A program made the translations under genes and the position numbers. A DNA stretch of 64,000 nucleotides, from positions 113,460,001 through 113,524,000 of the forward strand of contig OX597822.1 in NCBI GenBank assembly GCA_951406725.2, read 5' to 3'. Source of the DNA: Octopus vulgaris. Taxonomy: Eukaryota. Below, one piece after another: positions 25,522-39,838 of this stretch; within the stretch, counting starts at the first letter, position 1; the number at the start of each line of letters is the position of its first letter. The notes beneath the pieces are model-generated. The model was not told where the DNA came from. It saw only the letters and a program-made list of their open reading frames with translations, and did not search any database.

Positions 25522-28379
25522 GCGTGCGAGCGGGTCTCTGTGTGTGTTTAGCAAATTTGTAATTGGAGCCGAATAGGAAAGGAAAACAGCAATTTGAAGC
25601 TCTACTGACTGGTTATTTTGTTTATTTTAATTATTAAAAAAACATTAGAATTGTATGTCTGCATTTCCATTAATTCATATTTGCATAACGTGGAAGTAAG
25701 TTTATACAAAGATCTTATTGATGTTTCTGTGTTTACGCTAATGGAGTGCACGGGCGTTTATAACATTTGTTAGGTGTCTGATCCTGCTAGGAGTTGTTTA
25801 AGGAAAATAGATTCCAATAACAGACACTAAAAACTATGAAACAGTGAGCCCTTCCAAGGATATATCGCCTACGCCTTTTTAGCGGGATATTAGTGCCAAC
25901 AACCTGCTTTATCTCAGCAGCTCTCTGTTGTGTTCCAGTATTGTCTTGGTGGGCGAGTAAACAACTCGAAAATATTTCTTCATAGATATCATTGTTCCAA
26001 TTCATTTAAAGTAAGGCATACATTTTTCTGTTTATTTATAAATAGATTCTAGTCACAAGAGAGTTTTTATTGATATCAAATTAAAGTCTTATATCCCTGA
26101 CTCTGGTGAATATTTATATATTCGTAACCTATAGCAGTGCATTAAAGTAACCAACTGTTCAATGATATCATGAGAAGTAGCTTGGCCGTTTTATTAAAGA
26201 CAAAGTAAATAAATGGTTTTCCAATCAACTATAGAATATGATAAATGGTTTTACAAGGGCAAACCAACAGTTTTTAATTTTTTTTTTTTTTTAAAGAAAA
26301 GTTTTTTGCAAAGTAATATTAGTTTACGTTTTCACATTGATTCATGTAAATGAATACACCTGCTTATCAAAACACAAAGATAATTGAGGAGAAACCACTT
26401 CAGAAATGGTTGCCAAACTATGGAGTTACGTGCAACAGGATATTGGTCCGAGCTTAAAAGAATTTTAAAATGTAAACGATTTCTTTTTGTTATTTTCGTT
26501 TTTCTAAGAAAGTGTTTGAGTACGATGGATATAATTTGTGGAGATGGATTAACTCATTGAACTAATTATTGATTGAACGAAGTTTTTTTGAGAATCAGTG
26601 CACAATTCTTTAGTTATTTAAAAAATAATTATATCCACCCATTTTTGCTTATAAAATACACGAATATACCGGTATACTTATGTAATTATACAAGCATTTT
26701 CATAAAAACTGTAGGAAGGATTTTTGTGAAATCACTCGCCATTTTTAATTTCATGATAATAATACAACATATTTTCAAAGGTTTGAAAAGATTCAAAGCC
26801 TGTAAGTATTAATGAATACTGAAAATTTTAAAGAATGGAAAAATTAGCGTTAACTATTGTAAAATACGGTTGGCGGTCTATATAATAAAATTAAAGTCTA
26901 CTAATGTTCCAGTAACATGTCTATAAAATATATGGCTTTATTTATCATCAATGATATGTTCATCCCAGTTAAATAAAGATCATTGTTAAATGGTAAAAGG
27001 AAGTAGCTTCATACGGGAAAACTGTTAAGTATACTGAAGAATATTATATAAAAGAATAATTTAACAGAATGAGTTATGAATTGATGAGCCAATTTTAAAA
27101 GTACACTATAAAATAATAACTTTAGGAAGATTTGAACTCAGAACTTAAGGAATTCTTACACTATCGAAACAATGACAACTGATGAAATAAGTTTTATAAT
27201 CCATCTTATGTTGTAATTCATAATTTCTAGTTTAAATTTCTAACTCTTTCGAGAATTTGTCCATTCAGGACTATGGTGTTCATAGAAAATAGAGCAAGGT
27301 ACGTAGTAAAACATATTTTGAGCTAAACACTTTTTTCGTTATAGAATTGACTTCTTTAACCGACATTTCATATGTATATATATATATGTGTAAAGACAAA
27401 CTTCATAATGAAATGTGGGTTAATACAGGGATGCCAATAAAATTAGATATTAAAACTGGAACAAAATTATAGAATGTGAGTAAAAACTCACATTCTATTT
27501 GATAAAGAGAAAAGAACAAAATATAATTAGATAAAAGAGTAGAGAATAGGTGAAGAAATGACATGAAGATTTCTGTAATTTCTCAAGTGCAATAATATGA
27601 AAAGTTAAGAGGGAAAGAGACATAGGTAAAATTTAAAAAATATTACATGTTAGTCCAAATATAAACAGCCATATTTCTTTTAGAGAGTCAGGATATGATA
27701 CAAAACTTCGGTAATGCTTTATTAAAATATACAGACATTATTTTGATAACTAATAAAAGACTAGTAAGAATTGCTTAACTACAAAACTTATTATTTTGCA
27801 CATATATTTGTCTCTGTGAAATGTGTTTGTGAGTGTTTGTGGCTCTTTAATCAATTTCGGGAATTGCAGAATGCCATATAGTAAAGAATAAGGTTACATT
27901 TAACCGAAATTACAGTCTTCGAGTATCGACTTAGCTTCACTTATACTACTAACGCTCTTAGAAAAAAAAAGGGTATAAGCATCAAAAGTTTTAATTACCG
28001 ACCTCCCTAAAATATTAAACCTTTGCGTTCGTCAAAATTCACCGAAATACTTTTCTTGATTCATACGTTTCGACATCATAAATTTAATTTTTATTCCAAA
28101 ACAATTAAAATTTACAGTATCATAATTTTTACTTATCTTACAAATTATTTTAACGTTTGTCTCCCTGTAAGAAGACGCTGTATACAATGGTGTTAGTCAG
28201 GACTTTAGCGATGGAGCAAAATTATTATTCCAAGAAAGGATTTTATCATTAATTAAAGATACACACTAATTGATTGTATCCACTTCTTTATCCTTTTCTG
28301 AATTTCTTTTGAATATCAAAGTGTTTTGGTACACAAATTTCAAAGGGACGTGTTGAAAGTAGTAATAAATGAAATAAAT

Positions 28380-28547
28380 AGGCGTAGGAGTGACTGTGTG
28401 GTAAGTAGCTTGTTTACGAACCACATGGTTCTGGGTTCAGTCCCACTGCGTGGCACCTTCGGCAAGTGTCTTCTACCAAAGCCTCGGGCCGACCAACGCC
28501 TTGTGAGTGGATTTGGTAGACGGAAACTGAAAGAAGCCCGTCGTATA

Positions 28548-28616
<69 letters not shown>

Positions 28617-28800
28617 TTGTCCCCCCAACTTCGCTTGACAACCGATGCTGGTGTGTTTACGTCCCTGTAATTTAGCGGTTCGGCAAAAGTAACCGATAGA
28701 ATAAGTACTAGGCTTACAAAGAATAAGCCCTAGGGCCGATTTGGTCGACTAAACTCGGTGCTCCAGCATGGCCACAGTCACATGACTGAAACAAGAAAAA
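28380..28800 (+). mobile_element. SINE A, full length, with internal (TA)n(TG)n
   Basis: ggcgtaggagtgactgtgtggtaag head, gggttcagtccc B box, tail to atgactgaaacaag. Confidence 0.9.
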
Positions 28801-29626
28801 GAGCCATTTTTATGAAAAGTGTATCTCACTCGTAGATTTATGCCGTTCTAGAGTTTCTCACTTTACCACAGCGTAGTAAAATAGTGAGCAAATAATCAAG
28901 TAACTACCAGTCGCACAGGCCTCTAGTATTGCTTTTTAATGGTTTCGTAATGCAACAAATGTCAATAACAACAGCTTTCGCAGGAACTCGCCCCCCCACC
29001 ACCACCAAGTCCAAGGCGTTCTTGAACAACTGATCGGTGAAATTGATAATAAAAGTGTGAGTCGATGTTATAGATAGGAAGAAATGAGTTTGTGACTTGT
29101 GTGTGGTTAGGAAGTAATGCATTATGAGAGACAAGAGGCAAAGCAGAGGTAAATTTATAGTTCTAGAAGAGGTAGAATAAAACTACAGAAGGAATGTGAG
29201 TTAGCATTTGGAGTGCGTTTTTGAACAACTCTACGCCAATCAATTAGGTCACTTTTTCTTAAGATGTGGTGCAGGATGTCTGTATATGTCATAGCCGTAC
29301 CATACCAGACGTGAGGGTAGAATCCCATTTAGTGGCTTTCTAGTTTTATCTCTCCTAAATAAAAGTATTTGTTTTATTTGTTGTTCATGCTCCATGTTGC
29401 AGTTCCTGTTTCTAAATGAAGAAATAATATTTCAGCGGCCATTATTTTAGTTTCCATTCAACAATACGAGATATATTAGACATTTATGTAATGTAATATT
29501 GTTTTGTTTCAGAGATCCATGTTCTCATTCTCATAAGCGACAGCAATTAAAAGTGGGTGATGGTCATGACTATCATACGTTTACCTCGCTATGTGTGTGT
29601 GTGTGTGTGTGACTAACGCATATATA

Positions 29627-29817
29627 TAGGGAGAGTTTACGAAAAAAACAAAAGACGAAAACATGTGGTGTACAAAACAAACAGATGTATTAGTATAACG
29701 CTCAGGAATAGAAAAAGTCTTTTACGTTTCGAGCCTACGCTCTTCTACAGAAAGGGACACAGAAAAAACAAGGAGAGAAAAAAATGTGTGTAGTGGCTAA
29801 CGATCTATCATGGCGAT
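29627..29817 (-). mobile_element. Short repeat with a minimal hammerhead-like motif (copy of 713-910)
   Basis: Minus strand cttt-CTGTAGA-A-GAGC-gtag-GCTC-GAAAC-GTA-aaag (29719-29754). Confidence 0.65.
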
Positions 29818-29826
29818 ATATATATA

Positions 29827-31084
29827 CAGGAGTTGGACAAAATAATGGAATCACATTATTATTTCAAACAAATTTATTTTAACATGGGGAAGGACCACCT
29901 TTGACAGTAATTACAGCTTGAATTCTACGATTTATGGACTCGTACAAAGTTTGAATTGTTTCCAAAGGAGTTTTTGTCCATTCTTCAGCTAAAACAGTCT
30001 CCAGTTCTTGTAGTGATGATGGTAGAGGATATTGACTTGACTTCTTACTTGCTTTTCGAAAATGCACCATAAATGTTCAATAATATTGAGATCTGGGGAC
30101 TGTGGTGGCCAGATAAGATGTTCAACTTCACTAGAATGTTCCTCGCGCCATTCAGTAACAACTTTAGCTGTGTGAATTGGTTCATTATCATCCTGAAAGA
30201 TTGCGTTTCCTTCCGGAAACAGTTCCGAAAACATAGAATGAATTTGATCAGATTAAATGCTTAAATAGTCTTGACTATTAATTCTACCATGAAAGGAAAC
30301 CACTAGGCCCGCGGATTTCCAAGATATAGCCCCCAGATCATCACTGATCATTCTCCATGTTTAACAGTTGGAAGAAGGCAGTCTGGATCAAATGCTTCTT
30401 TTGGCTGTCTCCACACGTATACTCGGTCGGTGGGAAATAAGTTAAAGGATGACTCGTCCGAGGAAATAACATTCTTCCACTACTCTAGGGTCCAATTCTG
30501 TATGTTTTTACTCCACTCTAAACGCTTTGCAACGTTTATTTTTGAAAGTAGTGGTTTTCTGAAAGCAAGCCCTCCCGTGAAATCCGGCTTATGTGCAGCT
30601 TCCGGCGAACAGTTTTTGTGGAAACTTGGTTCTCGAGGTGGTCATTAGGCTCTGCAGTAATTTTGGGAGCTATACTTTTGTGTTCTTTTCTAACAGTTCA
30701 CGTGTAAGACTCTCAAAGTTTTGGTTTTCTTCTGGAGTTTTGTTTCAACGAGGATATTTTTCTCTCTTCCTCAAAGCTGTCATTACTTTCAAGACAGTAC
30801 TTCTCGATACACAAGCATTTCGGCTGTTTTCATTACGCTAGCGCCTGCTATACGAGCACCAACAAATTGACCTCTCTAAAAGTCCGATAGATCTGTCATT
30901 TTAATGAATTTTAATTACCTTTTTCTGATGATATCTGAAAAGAAACAGCAATTTTAGCAAAACATATTAAGCAACACTAATAATAAATCAAAAACATAAA
31001 AATAAACAAGCTTTTGACTGTTTTATAGAAATTTCAAAATTATGATGCTACGATGCTAGGTGTTTCCATTATTTTGTCCAGCCC

Positions 31085-31087
<3 letters not shown>
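29827..31087 (-). mobile_element. Tc1-family DNA transposon with both TIRs and a disrupted transposase
   Basis: TIRs caggagttggacaaaataatggaa / ttccattattttgtccagcccctg flanked by TA; FQDDNEPIH and WPPQSPDLNIIEHLW (DD34E) motifs; multiple frameshifts. Confidence 0.92.
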
Positions 31088-31132
<45 letters not shown>

Positions 31133-33137
31133 GAATAAACAGAATATAAGAACTGAGATTGTATCCCTCTATCTGTTGTTTTTCTTGATGATGATGTTTC
31201 ATCGTTATTGCTGTTCATTAGCTACAAGTTGGCTCTGATGAGAATATTTATTTAGCATGGACCATCACTTTTCTTCTTTTTTTTTTTCACACAGTCTGCA
31301 TCTAGGACAACATTATCAAAAGTGTCTTGCGATAGATTGCAGTTTGAAGTAGATTTATGTTCTATTTCTGGCAGCTCTGTTGAAAATGTAGAGGCTCACT
31401 CGTCGAGTTGGACGGGTGTCTATGGATCTGTGTGGGGATGTGTCTGAAAGAAGAGAGTACCAGAGCAATAAACACCGCTTCCTTTTCAAACCAGAGCATA
31501 TCAGAATTGTTTCTGATAAATAACAAGTTTTATCAAATAAATATAAACAACATTAATCCGGAAATAAATAAGTCAATGAGGTCATTTTTTGTCCATGCCC
31601 CTGTATATATATACTATATATATATATATATATATATACATATATATATAGTAGAATAAACAGGAATATAAGAAGAAATGTAATCTATTTTGAAAGTGAA
31701 GAATATTGAAAAACCACAAAAAACGTCGGCTTACATCAAAAGAAATGAAAGAGAGTCTCTACTTGTTTATAGTTGGCCGAGAATCTTGAGGGTGACACAG
31801 GAAGGTGGTATGGACCAAAATAGTTACTTTATATCAACAATTACATTATCCCGAAAATAACCGACTAAATTGACTTGAGGATGAAATTAGAACACTGAGT
31901 CACAAAGAGTGGGTGTTAGAATTAAGTCATACAAACAATTCGTTGAGTGTAGCATATGGCGTTTACATTTCCCTTCAACATTCTGGCGACAAGGGATATT
32001 ATGAAATGTATCATTCTTACATAATGATGTTTATTCTTGAGAACAATAAGTATCAACACGTTTTAATGGATTCTTCCCGACGTTTCCCTATAAAACTCAG
32101 TCCGCAAAGTTTATTGCTTCTCTGGGCACTTGGGATTAGATTTAGAATAAAGAAGAATGTGTTTCGCTTTCGCAAGACATTAACCTAAGTAAATGAAAAA
32201 TTATGTATCTCCAACCGAGAATGGAAACTGGAAGGAAGATGCGGTTAATTAAAAGCAGCCACACTCTGTTATAAGTGCTTAAAATGCCAAGTTCAAAATT
32301 ACAGGAACAAAAATCAGTCAGAGCATTCATTGAAGGATAATAATCTCATGGAGAGTTGTCCGCTGTAAAACCATTAACTGGTGATAAACTTACTGCATTA
32401 GAGGTTCTAAGTTTATTTAATACTGAATCGATTACCTTTATTCCCTCACTGGGACCGTAAAATTTCTATTATCCTACATCGCAACTGGCTATTTAATATT
32501 ACACTTTTACTCTAAAAACTACAATTTACAAACTGGAAACAAAAGAAATGTAATCTATTTTGAAACTGGTTATTTAATATTACACGTTTACTCTATGTTG
32601 TCGTAGTATTGTTAGGTAAAGGATTCCGTGGGACAAATTTCCGGTACACTGTATCGCTAATGGCGTACGGGACAAGGAAATGCTTTCTCATCCGGGAAAG
32701 CAAAAATGCGCAAAGTGACTTACGTTTAATTTTGTCATCGCTAAACGCGATCCCCTCGCACATGCACGCATAGAGATGTGTGTATGGGTGTTTACCTATT
32801 TTATATGTATTATACGTACACAAACATATGCACACGCGCACACAAAACACACACGTACACACGCGCGCGCGCTCACGGAGGCTATAGATGTCGCTCAATG
32901 ATCAGTTTTTTGTTTTTTGTCATACCACCTGTCAAAGTAAGCAAAACTTAAAACAACAAATCAACGAATAAATAATAAGACGTCTACACATACATACATC
33001 CACACACACGCGTTTATATACACAAATGCACACTCACGCATAAAACGCTAGTATCCAAATTCAGGTGTGCAAAGACAAAAGCATAGCAGGATATGCTGTC
33101 AGTTTTTTGTTTTGGGAATTAAAAAAAAAAATTTTAT

Positions 33138-33520
33138 AGGCGCTGAAGTGGCTGTGTGGTAAGTAGCTTGCTTACTAACCACATGGTTCCGGGTTCAGTC
33201 CCACTGCGTGGCACCTTGGTCAAGTGTCTTCTACTATAGCCTCAGACCAACCAAAGCCTTGTGAGTGGATTTGGTAGACGGAAACTGAAAGAAGCCTGTC
33301 GTATATATGTATGTGTTTGTCTGTGTTTGTCCTCCCAACATCGCTTGACAACCGATGCTGGTGTGTTTACGTCCCCGTAACTTAGCGGTTCGGCAAAAGA
33401 AACCGATAGAATAAGTACTAGGCTTACAAAGAATAAGTCCCGGTGTCGATTTGCTCGACTAAATGGCGGTGCTCCAGTATGGCCACAGTCAAATAACTGA
33501 AACAAGTAAAAGAGTAAAGA
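33138..33520 (+). mobile_element. SINE A, full length
   Basis: Matches 28380-28800. Confidence 0.9.
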
Positions 33521-34017
33521 GGCATTGTTCAACTCAATAATGAAATTATCGGATCGAAAACATATCAATTGACAACATTTAGTTGATTGCCTTTCGTAGT
33601 ATTGACTCATCGGAAGCCGTATTTGTGGCTGGCTTTCACTGAAATGTTCTTGTTCGAAGTTAACATACAACGGTGTAGAGCAATATGCACCACACCAAAA
33701 GGTGCCTGTTTACCTGTTCTAGCAACCATGTTTTTTAAATATTCTTATCAGACATCTGTATGTGTGTGTGTGGGGGGGGGGGGTGAAGTTAGAGTGCATA
33801 GAGTTCAAGAAATTCTAGTAATTTCTCTTTCCAAAGTTTCGAGAAAAATTCTGAAAATATTACCACTGATTTTAATATAGAAATCTCTAGTCCAAGACAG
33901 TTGCACCCAAAATTTCAGGGCTTTCAGACAAAGATTTTTCCTTATGGTAGGATAGATATCCAAGTTATCAAAACTTATTGAATCCATGAACAGCTTTCTT
34001 ATTAATATCACTGAACA

Positions 34018-34250
34018 AGGCGGAGAGCTGGCAGAATCGTTACAACGTCGGGCGAAATGCTTAGTGGTATTTCGTCTGCCGTTACGTTCTGAGTTCAAAT
34101 TCCGCCGAGGTCAGCTTTGCCTTTCATCCTTTCGGGGTCGATAAATTAAGTACCAGTTACGCACTGGGGTCGATATAATCGACTTAATCCCTTTGTCTAT
34201 CCTTGTTTGACCCCTCTGTGTTTAGTCCCCTGTGGGCAATAAAGAAATAA
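34018..34250 (+). mobile_element. SINE D, full length
   Basis: Matches 22208-22444. Confidence 0.9.
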
Positions 34251-34614
34251 GAATCATTAGTGTGCCGGAGAAATTTTTTAGCGGTATTTCGTCTGTCTTT
34301 ACGTTTCAAGTTCAAATTCCTAACAGCTTTCCGAGTTGAATTAAGTACCAGTTAAGCACTGGGGCCGATGTTATCGACTAACCCCATCGCCGAATACTTC
34401 TGGTCTTGTGCCTGTAGGAAAAAGGATTAATCACTAAACCACTTGGTAATGGCAGCGCTACAGTTCTGTTGATCTCATCCAATAGCACTTCTGATATTGA
34501 ACATGGTAGAATACGTTAACTTACTATACTACTATTAGAAGACATAATCAAATTATCTGTGGAGTTGGATGGGAAATTAGATTATGTCAATCTGTATCTA
34601 ACAGAGTGATAACC

Positions 34615-34990
34615 TATTTATTTACTATCCACAAGGGGCTAAGCACAGAGAGGACAAACAAGGACAGACAAATGTATTAAGTCGATTACGTCAATCCCAG
34701 TGCGTAACTGGTAGCTTAATTTATCGACCCCGAAAGGATGAAAGGCAAAGTCGACCTCGGCGGAATTTGAACTCAGAACGTAACAGCAGACGAAATACCT
34801 ATTTCTTTATTACCCACAAGGGGCTAAACACAGAGGGGACAAACAAGGACAGACATAGGTATTAAGTCGATTACATCGACCCCAGTGCGTAACTGGTACT
34901 TAATTTATCGACCCCGAAAGGATGAAAGGCAAAGTCGACCTCGGCGGAATTTGAACTCAGAACGTAACGGCAGACGAAATACCGCTAAGC
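34615..34990 (-). mobile_element. Two 5'-truncated SINE D copies in tandem
   Basis: Units of about 185 bp (34615-34797, 34798-34990), inverted relative to 34018-34250. Confidence 0.88.
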
Positions 34991-35814
34991 TATATTCAGC
35001 TTTTTGATCGAAAAGATATGTTACTTTCTCTAAGCCCTTTCTTGAAAAATACCTAAATGTGAGGTATTTTTGTGGGGTGGGGGGAGAAGGTGTTGCCGAG
35101 TGGATCTTTTCTATTTCCTGATATTCTCTTGGAGCCAAAGTTCGCAGAAACTGCTTTCAAAGCTACTAACATCAACGCAGTAAAATTTGGGTGAGAGAGA
35201 AGTTATCTGTCTTTTCTCTACCGATGTTTACATCAATATCATCTTTGTTTTCTTCCAGAGTCATAATTTTTCTTTTTGTGTCTTTTTTCTTTCTATGTTC
35301 GTACTTTATATTTTTCAGTTTTATATTTATTTCTAAAAGTTATACAATTATTTGTTCACAAACGTTTAGTTGGAAGGCGTATTTGGTTATGCTTGTACTA
35401 ATTCCATTCTGACAAGTACCTCCTCCATTACGTTTGTAAATGCGTTTTTTCCCAAACATGGTAAAAAAAAGTAAATAAAACAAATTCTTCACCTCCCTTT
35501 TTAATAATTCTGCACGAAATACAGAAATAAGCAACACTAGTAAGACAACTCCAGACTCACTGATTGGTATTTTGGGTATTCTTCTACCATAGACTCGAGT
35601 TCAATAAAACTTTGTGACTGAAATATAGTAAGGAGAAATTCAATAAAAATGGAGTGAGTATCAATATATTCGAATAGAAATGCTGAGTAGCATTGATGTT
35701 CGACTGAGTTATCACCCCTTTGCATTTTGTTGTTGTTGTTGTTGTTGTTGCTGTTGCTGCTGCTGCTGTTGCTGCTGCTGCAGTCGCTGTCCCTGTTGCT
35801 GCTTCTGTTGCTGT

Positions 35815-36172
35815 TGAGCGAAAGGTCTTCGTCCCAGAGCTCGCAAGATGGGAGAAGTCCAAAACGTGGTCCTTTTGCTATTCGTAAGACCCGCAGAAGA
35901 GAAAGCAGGTCAACCCCCGACACCGAGAGCATCGACGGATGGATGAATATGCACCCAGGCTCAGCGGTTGCGTAGGAAGTCGGGGACAAGAAACAGGAGG
36001 AAAGAGTGAGAGAAAGTTGGAGCGAAAGGGGTCGCCACCACCCCATGCCGTTGTCTCGTGGAGCTTTAGGTGTTTTCGCTCAATAAACACACACAACGCC
36101 CGGTCTGGGAATCGAAACCGCGATCCTCCGACCGCAAGTCCGCTGCTCTAATCATTGGGCCATTGCGCCTCC
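35815..36172 (-). mobile_element. SINE B head with tail 4, inside (CAG/CAA)n
   Basis: Head reverse complement at 36000-36172; GC-rich tail at 35815-35995 seen only here; trinucleotide repeats on both sides. Confidence 0.75.
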
Positions 36173-37560
36173 TGTTGTTGCTGCTGCTGCTATTGCTGCT
36201 ACTACTGCTGTTTAGCCTTTGTTCAATCCTGGTCTAACTATAAACATCCCATCATTTTACGTCTATGCAGATCCACATTATTCAATGCCTTTTTATTTCC
36301 CAAGATCATAAAATGTGATTAGTCAGCACTTCTGCCTTTCTTAGGAGTATTAGCCTCCGGTGTATGAGTTTGTTCGTTCTGTGGAGTCACTGTAATACAA
36401 GTGAGGCGAACATTCGTGAAATGGATTATGTTGTGTGTTCCCGTCATCCTTCATCTATTGAACAACAAAATGTGCAACAGCAGCAACTGCAGAGTACAAT
36501 GAAATTTTCCTTTAGAATGTCTCGGCCATAAGCATCAGATCTATCTCGAATGCGAAAATTACAAAATTTTAATCTGTATTATGCCACTGAAATTGACCTA
36601 TGAAATGTTCTGCGGCATTCGACGCAACACCAAAATGACTACCTAAAAGGCTGAAAGATACTGGGATTAAAGCATGTATTGTCGACCTACACAAAGTACC
36701 AAACTGTATTGTGCAAGAACCCTAAGAATGATTCTTGAGATTTGAGAAAACTTGCAACCGAACCCCAGAACAACATCCTTGTCAGCTAAAGTAGTTTCTT
36801 GTTGTTGTTGTTGTTGTAGTAGTAGTAGTAGTAGACTGTGATTTATTGTCACTGGAAAGACAAAATCGACACGTGATTTTATCCCAAATCCTCATATTTT
36901 GAGGTAAAAATATAAAATATTCGATAAACGTTAATGTATATGTATATATACCGATCTTCAAAGAAACATGTGGTTAACTCCAGATTATTTAAACTTAGGA
37001 TTTACCTAATGATATAATACCGATTCTGGCATTCCCCTACTAACACAAACGACAAAAGAAAAATCTTATTTAAATTTCTACCGTATTACCAATTTTATTC
37101 CACTGCTACCAACAAGGTTTGTCTACAACAGCAGTAAACGGCAGATGTAGTTTAAACAAAATTACAAGAACTAGTTTATCAGTTAATGCTACACCAACGT
37201 ACATATTACCTCTCCATGTAATTTAATTTTTATCGAAATAAATTAGGTTCCTGCTCGATTTTACAGGAAGCACCATACATTAATATCTTACTCAAGATAA
37301 GATCATAACTAATATAATCATTCAAAATAACTAATGATGTAAATTAGAATAGATGTTCGGAAAACGATATGCTATGATTAATCGCAATCTTCGTCAAAAG
37401 CCATCCATAAACAGACTGAATGAAAGTTATCTCTTAAACAAGTTTTACTAATACCCAATAATCTTAACTTTTATAACATATGGGTATTAAAGGAGCCATA
37501 TTTGGGTAATAAATATTGTTAAGTGGAATTAAATTGTTCAGTCGCGGTAGATATAGTGAG

Positions 37561-37932
37561 TGGAGGCGCAATGGCCCAGTGGTTAGGGCAGCGAACTCGC
37601 GGTCATAGGATCGCGGTTTCGATTCCCAGACCGGGCGTTGTGAGTGTTTATTGAGCTAAAGCTCCACGAGGCTCCGGCAGGGGATGGTGGTGATCCCTGC
37701 TGTACTCTTTCACCACAACTTTCTCTTACTTCCTGTTTCTGTTGTACCTGTATTTCAAAGGGCCGGCCTTGTCACTCTCTGTGTCACGCTGAATATCCCC
37801 GAGAACTACGTTAAGGGTGCACGTGTCTGTGGAGTGCTCAGCCACATACACGTTAATTTCACGAGCAGGCTGTTCCGTTGATTCGGATCAACCGGAACCC
37901 TCGTCGTCGTAACCGACGGAGTGCTTCCATCC
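37561..37932 (+). mobile_element. SINE B with tail 1, full length, flanked by a long direct duplication
   Basis: Flanks 37447-37559 and 37933-38018 are direct repeats. Confidence 0.88.
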
Positions 37933-38602
37933 ACTAATACCCAATAATCTTAACTTTAATAACATATGGGTATTGTTTTAAGTGGAATTAAATTGTTCAG
38001 TCGCGGTAGATATAGTGAAAGAAATATTTAAATTGTTCACATGCAGCAGAAAGAGGAAAATATTCGCTGGCGGACAGAGAAGCAAAACTTATATTAGGAG
38101 TTTAATTTTTTATTTAGGAAAATGCGTGATATATTTAATTAGACTGTAGTAGTATATTAGAACTAGAAATACTTATTTTCGTGACGCCTTTCAACACGAT
38201 GAAGGATATGACGGAATGAAAGATAAAGCCAAGGAAGAGCAGAAATGACAGACGCGTAATTTGATTACCATAAAACATCTGGTGTCGGCTCTCCGATTTC
38301 TGCCTCTTTACTCACTATATTAAATATATCTTATAACATTATCTGTATTTTTGTGTCTGGATTAGCCACGTAGCTAATTGCTTAGTTAAATTACTTGCCC
38401 AGACATTATGTATAGCTGCAATATGTTGCGAACTCACAATCCAACGTATTTTAGCTTCAAGCAGTCACTCTATGCTATTTATACGACCAAATCTTAATTC
38501 ACAATAAGGATTAGGCTTTTCTTTGTTCGTGTCGCCTTGACGAAAAAGTCTGTTTGAATATATCTATTTTCTTCACACACACGTGCACACACACACACAC
38601 AC

Positions 38603-38670
<68 letters not shown>

Positions 38671-38674
<4 letters not shown>

Positions 38675-38973
38675 ACCGTCACCGATCAGGCTCTCAGATG
38701 TTGTCTACACATCGCTGGTCACAATGCGCTTCGCATTGTTTTAGCCTCAAAGGACGCCACCCCGCTGGCTAAGCGAGCAGGCCAACAGAAGAAAGAGTGA
38801 GAGAAAGTTATGGCGAAAGAGTACAGCAGGGATCACCACCAACCCCTGCCGGAGCCTCGTGGAGCTTTAGGTGTTTTCGCTCAATAAACACTCACAACGC
38901 CCGGTCTGGGAATCGAAACCGCGATTCTACAACCGCGAGTCCGCTGTCCTAACCACTGGGCTATTATGCTTCC
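38671..38973 (-). mobile_element. SINE B with RTE-derived tail 2
   Basis: Tail gcattgtgaccagcgatgtgtagacaacatctga resembles the RTE 3' end at 2011-2073. Confidence 0.85.
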
Positions 38974-38991
38974 ACACACACACACACACAC

Positions 38992-39069
<78 letters not shown>

Positions 39070-39639
39070 ACATATATAATAAATTCCCAGTTTCTAAGAA
39101 ATGAATTGATCCCTCATACTGCATTCCTATAACCCTGAAAAGGTTTTTATTTTCATCGTGTCACTACTAGAGTATCACTTGTAATAAATCAATATGAACA
39201 GATATTACTACATTATAACTATACTATTATTGATAGCATTTTTTTTTTTTGTTTTAGCTGAATAGAAGGAATTGGCTATCTGAGACAATTCTAAAATTGC
39301 CTTTAGATGATAAAATTGATAAAACTGTTTTTACACTATGCGGTCTTAAATAGTGTTGTCAAGAATAAAAATCCAAACACCCAGTCTTGAATGACATAAT
39401 GGTACTAATGCTAAATAACTGAAGTAGAATAATTAAATAGTTGATCCTCTTGGAAGAGTCTTTAAAATTTTCATTCAAAAAGTGAATTATATTTATTTTA
39501 TATATTTAACCAATTTAAACGTCTGTATTAAGCTGGTAACCATGATACACTGAGGAAGTTATATCATAAACCTTATATATATATATAAATATATATATTT
39601 ATATATGTAAGTATGTATGTATGTATGTATGTATGTATG

Positions 39640-39691
<52 letters not shown>

Positions 39692-39800
39692 AAATGGGAC
39701 AAGAACGCAAAACATCCAGATAGACGATACAAAAAACACGGACGGCTCATTCGAAGCCTTTAATCTTCAGTCAAGAAACGGATCATCCTCCCAATTTCGG

Positions 39801-39838
<38 letters not shown>

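Noticed and set aside
32391-32740. Short minus-strand segments before GTAAGT donors (about 32391-32419 and 32724-32740)
   Set aside because: Acceptors lack pyrimidine tracts; expected by chance in AT-rich DNA.
35537-36046. 169-aa ORF with signal-peptide-like start and poly-S/N
   Set aside because: Made of SINE B body, tail 4 and a (CAG/CAA)n microsatellite.
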